41,890 nucleotides of DNA from a virus (lineage: Duplodnaviria > Caudoviricetes), in the IMG/VR virus record IMGVR_UViG_3300012943_000017, positions 1 through 41,890 of that record. One strand, given 5' to 3'. The notes under the pieces are model-generated. The model searched no databases and had not been told where the DNA came from. It saw only the letters and a list, made by a program, of their open reading frames with translations. This document shows positions 34,467 to 41,890 of this stretch, piece after piece (positions within the stretch are counted from its first letter, which is position 1; every line of letters starts with the position of its first letter). The position numbers and the translations under genes were made by a program.

Positions 34467-34901
34467 ATGGCAGTAAGATCATACGACCCAGCACAGGTCA
34501 TCATCGCCATCGGGGGTGTCCCTATGTCTGGCTTTGCTGACGGCACATTTTTAGTGGTAGACAGAGACGAAGACGCTTGGTCAAAAGTAACAGGCGCGGA
34601 CGGCTATACAACGAGGATTAAGAGCAACAACCGATGCGGTAGCTTGACTTTAACCTTGAAGCAATCCAGCCCAAGCAATGACGTTTTGAGTGGATTCGCT
34701 AATCTGGACGAGTTAAGCAATCTAGGCGTTGTGCCTGTCCTTGTCAAAGATCTCTCAGGTAATTCGATTTACTTCTCAGCTACAGGCTGGGTGAGAAAAT
34801 ATCCTTCGTCAGAATTTGGCAAGGAGCTTGCGAATCGAGAGTGGATACTCGACTTGGCAGACATGGATGTCTTCGTAGGCAGTAACGGAGTGAACGGCTA
34901 A
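34467..34901 (+). CDS. Tail tube protein (DUF3277)
   Basis: YDP..V....GG....GFADG, GADG, L.QSSPSN..LS, REW. Confidence 0.92.
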   Translation: MAVRSYDPAQVIIAIGGVPMSGFADGTFLVVDRDEDAWSKVTGADGYTTRIKSNNRCGSLTLTLKQSSPSNDVLSGFANLDELSNLGVVPVLVKDLSGNSIYFSATGWVRKYPSSEFGKELANREWILDLADMDVFVGSNGVNG

Positions 34902-35398
34902 TGATAAAGACGGAAGAGAAATTTATCGGCGGAGCGCGCTACATGGTAACGCAGCTCCCAGCTCGTCGCGCTCTACGCTTAAAGGCGAAGCTCTTGAAGA
35001 TTTTGGGCGCGCCCATAGCTCAGCTCTTTATGAGTGATGACCCTAAGAAGCCGACGGAAATTATAGGCGCGGATGGCAAGCCTGAGATGTGCATCTACAA
35101 GGATGACGTCGTTAAAGCTCTCCCGATTCTCTTTGCTAACTTGGATGAAAAGACCTATGAGTCTTTGATTTTAGAGCTTATGCAGGGCGTCCGTAAGGAT
35201 GGAATGGAGTTGAATGAATCCTTAATCGACACAGAATTTGCAGGCGAGCTTAATGTTTTGCTTCAAGTTGTCTGGTTCGTGATTGAGATGAATTTCGGTT
35301 CTTTTTTTCAGGGGGGAGTTATTGGAAGCGGATTGAACAGCCAATCCAAAGCTCAGGATCGTCAGCCAGATTCGAGAAAAACCTCCATCAGGAATTGA
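34901..35398 (+). CDS. Tail assembly chaperone (gpG-like)
   Basis: Between tube and tape measure; F.G....LL......I..NFG.FF C-terminal motif. Confidence 0.85.
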   Translation: MIKTEEKFIGGARYMVTQLPARRALRLKAKLLKILGAPIAQLFMSDDPKKPTEIIGADGKPEMCIYKDDVVKALPILFANLDEKTYESLILELMQGVRKDGMELNESLIDTEFAGELNVLLQVVWFVIEMNFGSFFQGGVIGSGLNSQSKAQDRQPDSRKTSIRN

Positions 35399-35559
35399 AG
35401 GATGAGTTCCCTATCTGGCGACTTGTATTAGAGGGGATTGCAACTTTAGAAGAGCTTGAAAAGACATGGAGCTTAGATGATGTTTTAAGGGCGGAAGCTC
35501 TGTTAGATATGCGTTCTGACCTTGCTCTGCATGAAAACCAAAAAAGGTCAAAGAGATGA
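35302..35559 (+). CDS. -1 frameshift extension of the tail chaperone (gpGT-like)
   Basis: Slippery T TTT TTT (35302-35308) and G GGG GGA (35311-35317); -1 frame open through IWRLVLEGIATLEELEKTWSLDDVLRA to TGA 35557-35559, overlapping the tape-measure ATG. Confidence 0.8.
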   Translation, partial: FFSGGSYWKRIEQPIQSSGSSARFEKNLHQELKDEFPIWRLVLEGIATLEELEKTWSLDDVLRAEALLDMRSDLALHENQKRSKR

Positions 35560-36632
35560 TCGTAAGAGAGCTAGTAACACGCCTAGGATTCCAAGTAGAC
35601 AGACAAGGGATCCAGCTATTCAATCAGCAAATACTCGGAATTAAAACCCGATTTGCGCTGGCTGCCACAGCTGTAGGCGGTTTCGTTTACCAGACCCTAC
35701 AGTCCATTCGTGATGTCGGAAATCTTATCTCAGACACAGAGAATCTTTCTAAGCGCACAGGCATAGCATTTAACAATCTAGTTGCCTTGCGTGAGGCAGC
35801 TAAGACTTTTAGGATTGAGCCAGCTCAATTTGAAGGCGCGCTACGTTCGTTTTCCAAGATGGCTAACGAAGCCAAGTTCGGTCTAGGCTCATTATTTCAG
35901 CTATCAAGAGACTTGAAAGTTTCTATCCGCGACGCTAATGGCGAACTGAAAGAAACTGATGTCCTCTTCTTTGAAATGGTCGATCAAATTGCCAAGATCG
36001 GAGATGAGCGAGTCCGTATTGAGGCTTTTGCGAAGGTTTTTGGAGAAGATGTAGCGGAAAAATTCAATGAATTCTTCAAGAATGGAAGTGCAGGAGCAAA
36101 AGAGTTAGCCGAAAGTTTTCAGCATGTAGGACAGACTCTTCAAGGTCAAAAGCCTATATTCGATGAATATGAAAAGAATCTCTCAACCCTTGAGACAACC
36201 TTTGGCACTTTCAAGACAGAGCTAGTCACAGCGATTGCTCCTGCTGTCAATGATGTTCTTACTGGCTGGAATTTCTTATTGCAGCAAGGTAGGGAAGAGT
36301 TTGGGGGTGGAATCCTTGGAACTCTTAAGGCGACAGGCGATGTCCTCTCACAGAGTCTCCTATCGCTTTTTAACATGGATAGAGTTTCTATTGAGCGCGG
36401 ACAGATTGAAGCAGATCAGGAAGAGTTTAGACGCAGAGTCGAACAATTCAAAGCGCAGCGCAACATTACGGAACAGAATATCAGCGTTGACAGCACTATC
36501 AATATTGAGGTTCCTCCGGGGACAACAGAAGAACAGCAACAAGTCATCAAGGACTCTGTAGAACAAGCCTATAGAGATCAATCGGAAGAGATGATTAGGC
36601 AGCTCTTAAACAACAATCCGCAGGTGGAATAA
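35556..36632 (+). CDS. Tape measure protein (short, 358 aa)
   Basis: MIVRELVTRLGF.VD start, helical Ala/Leu-rich, position after chaperones. Confidence 0.85.
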   Translation: MIVRELVTRLGFQVDRQGIQLFNQQILGIKTRFALAATAVGGFVYQTLQSIRDVGNLISDTENLSKRTGIAFNNLVALREAAKTFRIEPAQFEGALRSFSKMANEAKFGLGSLFQLSRDLKVSIRDANGELKETDVLFFEMVDQIAKIGDERVRIEAFAKVFGEDVAEKFNEFFKNGSAGAKELAESFQHVGQTLQGQKPIFDEYEKNLSTLETTFGTFKTELVTAIAPAVNDVLTGWNFLLQQGREEFGGGILGTLKATGDVLSQSLLSLFNMDRVSIERGQIEADQEEFRRRVEQFKAQRNITEQNISVDSTINIEVPPGTTEEQQQVIKDSVEQAYRDQSEEMIRQLLNNNPQVE

Positions 36633-37291
36633 TGGTCTTATCGCTGCTATACGGAAGAAAATATCCAAGAAGTCGAGTGGGAACAGTCCTATTGGATGCC
36701 ACTATTTTGGAAGAGCATCGCTATGCCTCCAGAGTCACAAGCTATCCAGTTGAAACAGCGAATGAAGGCAATTCCACAATCATCTCCGACCACATCATCA
36801 ATGAGCCTGATATTCTGGTTTTACAAGGGATAGTGACCGACACGCCTATCAATATCCTCGCCCCTTCAAATCGCTCGATTGATGCCTTTAATCAACTTGT
36901 CAGGATTCACCAAAACCGCGAAGTCATCACCGTCATTACAGGGCTTAAAGTCTATCGCGATATGGCTATTACAAGCCTTGACGTGCCACGAACTATGAAG
37001 ACAGGACAAAGCCTCACTTTCAATATCGAGATGCAAAAGATCACATTCAGCGCGTCTATCCGTCTTTCTTTAGACCAAGGAACGCCGTTCGGCGGAATCC
37101 AGAATAAGAAGCCGAGAGAGATTATTGCAAGGAATGAGGACTATCCTTTAATTCAGGATGACCCAGAAGGGAGCTTAAAAGATCAGGCACAGAGCGGAAT
37201 AGATGTAGGCGTACAGAGCTTACAGGACGTTCCTATCGCTTCGCTTCCTAGAATCACCGCAGGCGCGCTACAAATTTTGGGGGTCGCTTAA
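36632..37291 (+). CDS. Baseplate tube-initiator (Dit-like) protein
   Basis: LDAT..E.H.....VT.YPVE...ISDH....P, V.TGLK.Y.DM.I.SL. Confidence 0.85.
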   Translation: MVLSLLYGRKYPRSRVGTVLLDATILEEHRYASRVTSYPVETANEGNSTIISDHIINEPDILVLQGIVTDTPINILAPSNRSIDAFNQLVRIHQNREVITVITGLKVYRDMAITSLDVPRTMKTGQSLTFNIEMQKITFSASIRLSLDQGTPFGGIQNKKPREIIARNEDYPLIQDDPEGSLKDQAQSGIDVGVQSLQDVPIASLPRITAGALQILGVA

Positions 37292-37626
37292 TGGATATCA
37301 TCCCTTTTAAAGAGGCAGCGCAATGGCGCGAACAGATTGAGCTTTCAGGAATCACTTACACGCTTCGTTTTAAATGGAATGCCATGAATGAATTCTGGAG
37401 CATGGATGTCTTGAGCGGAAATGATGAGCCTGTGATCTACGGCGTTAAAGTGGTCGTTAACTGGAATTTGCTTGAGCAGTATGCAATGACCGACAAGCCA
37501 GCAGGTGATATCGTCTGCCAAAATATTATCGGCGGAACAGAGAAAATCACAAGAGACGCGATGTCAACCGTCGCTCAGTTGCTTTATTACGCCTTCGGTG
37601 AGCTTGCAATTCTGGAGGCTACTTAA
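37291..37626 (+). CDS. Small baseplate protein
   Basis: I.LSG..Y.L...WN....FW.MD......P.I.G..VV...LL; conserved position. Confidence 0.8.
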   Translation: MDIIPFKEAAQWREQIELSGITYTLRFKWNAMNEFWSMDVLSGNDEPVIYGVKVVVNWNLLEQYAMTDKPAGDIVCQNIIGGTEKITRDAMSTVAQLLYYAFGELAILEAT

Positions 37627-38498
37627 TGGGATTTTTGAGAGTAGCTAGAGTGGAGGTTAGAGTTGCGCGTCGTAATGGAACGCAGATCGTGCCTGGCTAC
37701 GTCCAGAAAATTGTGATTGAAAATTTAAGAATCAGCTTTAATATTCAAAAAAGTGAATCATGGGGCACTAACACGGCTAATATAAGAATCTGGAATTTAA
37801 ACCCCGATAACCGAAATATAATAAAGGATTATGGGGATGAAGTTTCATTGTTCGCAGGGTACGCAAACCAGCCAGGCGAACAGCTCTTGTTCGTTGGAGA
37901 CACAACTAAAGTCAGTCATACATTTGCCCAACCAGAAATCGTCACTTCGCTTGAATGTGGAGATGGAGAACGAGTTCTTAATCAGAGGCTTATATCTGTC
38001 AGTTTCCAAGAGAAAATACCGATCCGCCAAGTCATTCAATCGGTGGCGAATGACATGGACTTGGGGATTGCTTATTTTGCTCCTACTGACAATTTGGTCT
38101 TTGAGCAAGGCTTTTCATTTGTGGGGATGGCTAAAAATTGCCTAGACAAAGTGACAGCTGCTCTTGGTCTACAATGGAGCGTCCAAAATAAACAGCTCAT
38201 CATCATTCCCAATAACGGCACAACAGATCGCCCTCCCTACACGATAAATGCTGACACAGGGATGATAGGCGTTCCAGAACGATTCACTTACAAAAATAAA
38301 GACCTTTTTACTGGTGGACCAAAAACAGGCTGGCGCGTTTCAACCGTTTTAAGACCTGAAATAGTTCCGGGCGATCGCGTAGACATTCAATCTCAAAAAG
38401 TTGACATGAAGGGACCATTCACTGTGGACATAGCTCGTCATGACGGAGATACTTACGGCGATGTATGGCGATCAAATTTTGAGGTGGTTTTAGTATGA
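37626..38498 (+). CDS. Baseplate hub protein
   Basis: LRI.F.I.K, A.I.IWNL, L.AGY, WSVQN..L, TGMIG.P, L.P.I.PG. Confidence 0.88.
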   Translation: MGFLRVARVEVRVARRNGTQIVPGYVQKIVIENLRISFNIQKSESWGTNTANIRIWNLNPDNRNIIKDYGDEVSLFAGYANQPGEQLLFVGDTTKVSHTFAQPEIVTSLECGDGERVLNQRLISVSFQEKIPIRQVIQSVANDMDLGIAYFAPTDNLVFEQGFSFVGMAKNCLDKVTAALGLQWSVQNKQLIIIPNNGTTDRPPYTINADTGMIGVPERFTYKNKDLFTGGPKTGWRVSTVLRPEIVPGDRVDIQSQKVDMKGPFTVDIARHDGDTYGDVWRSNFEVVLV

Positions 38499-39139
38499 CA
38501 ACATTGACAGATGCAGTTAGATACGCAATTATTCAGGAACTAACGAATGTCCACACAGCATTGCCTGCTCAGATTGTCCAGTACGACTACACCAAGCAAA
38601 AAGCCCAAGTGCAGCCTGTACTCAGCAAGCGATACACGAATGGAGAAGTCCAAGAGCTACCGCTGATTAATAATGTGCCTGTCATATTTCCTCGGGCAGG
38701 CGGTGGATCCCTCACTTTTCCAGTTGTTGAGGGCGATACCTGCTTGCTCGTTTTTATTGAGCGCAGCACGGACATTTGGAAGTCCCGAGGCGGTATTGTG
38801 GCTCCAACTGACCCAAGGAAGTTTGATCTTTCCGACCCTGTGGCGATTATGGGACTTTTCCCTTTCACAGAAGATAGTTTTGCAGAAAACAATGAGGATG
38901 TGGTTTTAACTTTTAAAGGGTCAAAGGTTGTTATTAAACAAGATGGCTCGATTCAGCTTAACACCTCAAACACCGTGGCAATCGGAAACTCAACTGTGGA
39001 ACTCCTTGAAGTGTTGTCACAAACCCTCAACCTTCTTGCGACTTCGATTACAACTGCTCCGGCTTCGCCATTTGCGTTTGCTCCACAGTGGCAGGCTCTC
39101 AAGTTGCAGCTCGACCAAATCAAGGGGAGTATCTCATGA
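38495..39139 (+). CDS. Baseplate spike (Gp138-like)
   Basis: HTALPA.IV.YD, LP.I..VPV.FPR.GG..LTFPV..GD.CL.VF.ER..D.W, R.FDLSD. Confidence 0.9.
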   Translation: MTTLTDAVRYAIIQELTNVHTALPAQIVQYDYTKQKAQVQPVLSKRYTNGEVQELPLINNVPVIFPRAGGGSLTFPVVEGDTCLLVFIERSTDIWKSRGGIVAPTDPRKFDLSDPVAIMGLFPFTEDSFAENNEDVVLTFKGSKVVIKQDGSIQLNTSNTVAIGNSTVELLEVLSQTLNLLATSITTAPASPFAFAPQWQALKLQLDQIKGSIS

Positions 39140-39495
39140 TTGATCTATTGCTAGATGAAAAATCAGGCGACTTAATGCTAGTCAACTTCGATGTCGGATT
39201 GATTGAAGCAAGGGAACAGATCGCTCAAAATCTCGCTATCCGCCTGCGTTTTATTCTAGGCGAGTGGTTTTTAGATATTGATGCTGGCGTTCCTTATTAT
39301 GAGGACATTTTTGTTAAAAGTCCGAATCAATACAGAGTAGAAAGTGTATTAAAAGAAGAAATTGTCAATACTGAGGGAGTAGTGGAAATCTTGAGTTTCA
39401 ATACGCAATTTAATTCTCAAACTCGAAAATTTTCAGTAGTATTCTCCTGTGACACAGTAGCAGGACAAATTAACTTGGAGCTGGAATTATTATGA
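39136..39495 (+). CDS. Baseplate wedge / sheath initiator (gp25-like; ATG 39136)
   Basis: IAQ....RL....GEWFLD...G.PY. Confidence 0.85.
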   Translation: MIDLLLDEKSGDLMLVNFDVGLIEAREQIAQNLAIRLRFILGEWFLDIDAGVPYYEDIFVKSPNQYRVESVLKEEIVNTEGVVEILSFNTQFNSQTRKFSVVFSCDTVAGQINLELELL

Positions 39496-41759
39496 CATTT
39501 GGTTTAACGCCCAAAGGATTCGTAGCCAAGAGGCTGATTGATATCCAGACAGACATGGAAAACGCCATGATCGCTGAATTTGGAGACATTAACGTGGCTC
39601 CTCAATCCGTATTCGGTCAGCTTATTGGAGTTCTTTCCAAGACATTGGCGGATGTCTGGGATAACCTCGAAGCCGTCTATAATAGCCAGTATCCAGCGAC
39701 AGCCGAAGGGACATCCCTTGATAATGTGGTTCAGCTTAATGGAATCCAGAGACTTGCAGCGCAGCGCACAAGAGTCACTGCCGTGATTAATGCGACTGAG
39801 GGAACGACGATCCCAGCAGGATCGCTTGCTAGGATTCCAGATTCAGGAGAAGTGTTTTTTGCCGAAGAGTCTACGATTGTCACTCGAACGAATGCGGTTT
39901 TTGTCTTGGTCGCTACGCAGTTGATGAACACGCAGTCTTACAGCATTTTAATTGACACCGTGCTTTACACTTACTCGCTTCCTGAGATCAACTTCACAGG
40001 CAGCTTTGTTTCAGGGAATAGCATCGTCGTCACGTTGAATGGCACAGCCCTTCCAGCCGTGCCATTTAACACGGACAATGATACGACCCTTGCGGATATC
40101 GCCACAGCTATCGGTCTTTTTGCTCAGGTTCTCACCTCTGTCGCAACGACCCCAAGCACTATTGATGTCACCCCGACAGATGGCAATAACGTCGTAGTCA
40201 ATTCGATTCAGATTACAGGGGGCGTAAGTCAGCCAACTTGGGCGGTAACTTTCCGCGTTCCACAGGCTGTAGTCAGCTTTTTTACAGACTTCGTTTCAGG
40301 AAACTCAATCGTCTTCCGTCTCAACGGTGTGAATCTGCCTTCCGTTCCATTCAATACCGATCAGGCGACCACAGCGGTAGATATTCAAACGATGCTCGAA
40401 GCTCAACCTGAAATTGCAAGCGTCGAAATCCTTGGCTCAAACCGTGTATTCAGGATTGACCCGAATGTAGGGTTTAACTTCGTTGTCAACACAGTCACGA
40501 TCACAGGGGGCGTAAGTCAACCGCTTTACAATATCGAAAACCCTGTCTTAGACAAGCTCGCTCAAATCATCAATGCGGGACCTCTGAATGTCGAAGCCGT
40601 TGACTTGGACAATGGAACGATGACCATCAACTCAGGTTCTTCAAGTGAGCCATTTTCTTTTACCCCTGCCTCTAATCTTCAGATCATTGATAGAAGCTCT
40701 CCAGTGCAGTTTTTGGCTCAAAACTATGGACCTGTGCCAGCTCCCATTAACACACTGACAGAGATTCTAACGCCAATAGCAGGATGGAATTCGATTGATA
40801 ACTGGCAGGCAGGCGCACTTGGTAGATTTATTGAGACTGACGCGGAGTTAAGAATCAGACGCAGAAATTCAATCAGACTTTTGGGAGCTGCTACGGTTGA
40901 AGCGATTCGCGCTCGACTTTTACAGCAAGTCCCGGGCGTGACTTCCGCCTTTGTCTTTGAAAACAGAACACTTCAACAGGTTCAAATCCAAGCCGTATTC
41001 AATCAGGATTTGGTCACAGGCAACGTGATCGACATCACTATGAATGGAACGCCCTTGACGCCAGTAAACTACGCGGTGAGCCATCTAAACACGATGAATT
41101 TAATCGCAGCCACAATCGCCGCGAATACCACTCTTATCGATTCTGCAACTGTTGGCGGAGCCAATAACCGCACCATTTTCGTCAATATGCAATTCGCCGT
41201 AGAGGTTGACTTGGTTATTGAAGTGACAGGGGGTGCGACGCAGGCAGAAGTCACCTATCGAGGTGGACGTCCTCCTAAATCTTTTGAAGCAGTAGTCCAA
41301 GGTGGAACGGATGATGCCGTCGCCCTTAAGATTTGGCAGACAAAGCCAGCAGGTATTCAGACCTTCGGTAATGTGAATGATGGAAACGGCGTGCCTATCG
41401 TGGATTCTCAAGGTGACACTCAGTATATTTATTTCTCACGTCCTGCGCCGATTTACATTTGGGTCACATGCGCGCTTACTCTTTATCCAGAAGAAACGTT
41501 CCCAGTCAACGGAACGCAGCTTGTGGCAGACTCTATTCAGGCTTACGGACAAAGTCTTGGTATCGGCGTAGACGTCTTACTTCAAAGGGTCTTGGCTCAG
41601 ATTTTTGCCGTTCCAGGGATTGCGAGCGGAGCTATGCAGATCGCGGCGACAGCAAGCCCGAACGACAGTCCAGTTTATGGAAGCAATGATATCCCGATAG
41701 CGGAGAACGAAATTTCAGCATGGGATTTAAGCAGAATATCAATCACGGTGGCTCCATGA
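39492..41759 (+). CDS. Baseplate J protein, enlarged by inserted domains
   Basis: FGLT..GF, P.TA.G..LD, G...ETDAELR.R, EN.T...G.PP.SF..VV.GG....VA..IW..KPAGI; 755 aa. Confidence 0.92.
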   Translation: MTFGLTPKGFVAKRLIDIQTDMENAMIAEFGDINVAPQSVFGQLIGVLSKTLADVWDNLEAVYNSQYPATAEGTSLDNVVQLNGIQRLAAQRTRVTAVINATEGTTIPAGSLARIPDSGEVFFAEESTIVTRTNAVFVLVATQLMNTQSYSILIDTVLYTYSLPEINFTGSFVSGNSIVVTLNGTALPAVPFNTDNDTTLADIATAIGLFAQVLTSVATTPSTIDVTPTDGNNVVVNSIQITGGVSQPTWAVTFRVPQAVVSFFTDFVSGNSIVFRLNGVNLPSVPFNTDQATTAVDIQTMLEAQPEIASVEILGSNRVFRIDPNVGFNFVVNTVTITGGVSQPLYNIENPVLDKLAQIINAGPLNVEAVDLDNGTMTINSGSSSEPFSFTPASNLQIIDRSSPVQFLAQNYGPVPAPINTLTEILTPIAGWNSIDNWQAGALGRFIETDAELRIRRRNSIRLLGAATVEAIRARLLQQVPGVTSAFVFENRTLQQVQIQAVFNQDLVTGNVIDITMNGTPLTPVNYAVSHLNTMNLIAATIAANTTLIDSATVGGANNRTIFVNMQFAVEVDLVIEVTGGATQAEVTYRGGRPPKSFEAVVQGGTDDAVALKIWQTKPAGIQTFGNVNDGNGVPIVDSQGDTQYIYFSRPAPIYIWVTCALTLYPEETFPVNGTQLVADSIQAYGQSLGIGVDVLLQRVLAQIFAVPGIASGAMQIAATASPNDSPVYGSNDIPIAENEISAWDLSRISITVAP

Positions 41760-41767
41760 TCATATCG

Positions 41768-41890
41768 AGCAACTCCTCGAAATGCTCTACACGCCTTGTA
41801 GATCATTTCGTTGACATCAACAAAATGGTCGTAGCATATCCGTGGATCATATTCCTAACGTCAGGAAAATGGTCTACACATTGTTTTGGA
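41768..41890. repeat. Terminal direct repeat, copy 2 (= 1-123)
   Basis: Exact match to the first 123 bases. Confidence 0.97.

Noticed and set aside
1-41890. Alternative genetic code or introns/inteins in terL, portal or capsid
   Set aside because: Core genes are full length and tightly packed under the standard bacterial code, with no intein or intron signatures.

Overview
The window looks like a complete ~41,767-bp tailed dsDNA phage genome: bases 41768-41890 repeat bases 1-123, so the contig is circular or terminally overlapping. All family names below come from motif recognition and gene order, not from database searches. Organisation: (i) end of the tail operon (baseplate wedge, fibres, small membrane proteins), then a tRNA-like, highly structured non-coding stretch (2888-3203); (ii) a leftward early region with RecT-like SSAP, PD-(D/E)XK exonuclease, a sigma70-region-4/alpha-CTD fusion and many small ORFs; (iii) rightward Cro-like regulator, two HNH-derived/RHH fusions, replication initiator with internal palindromic iterons and a SpoVG-like putative SSB; (iv) a displaced fibre/spike cassette; (v) DUF932, DUF1064 and a ParB + glycosyltransferase + TET/JBP dioxygenase cluster running into the terminase; (vi) a myovirus morphogenesis operon (DUF1073 portal, DUF2213 protease, DUF2184 capsid, DUF3383 sheath, DUF3277 tube, frameshifted tail chaperone, very short tape measure, baseplate). 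I recognised no integrase, DNA polymerase, DNA methyltransferase or endolysin. Best leads: a possible base-J-like DNA hypermodification system without a methyltransferase; one ~90-aa domain inserted six times into four different virion proteins; a tRNA-headed structured ncRNA; and an array of covarying 30-bp palindromes between baseplate genes.
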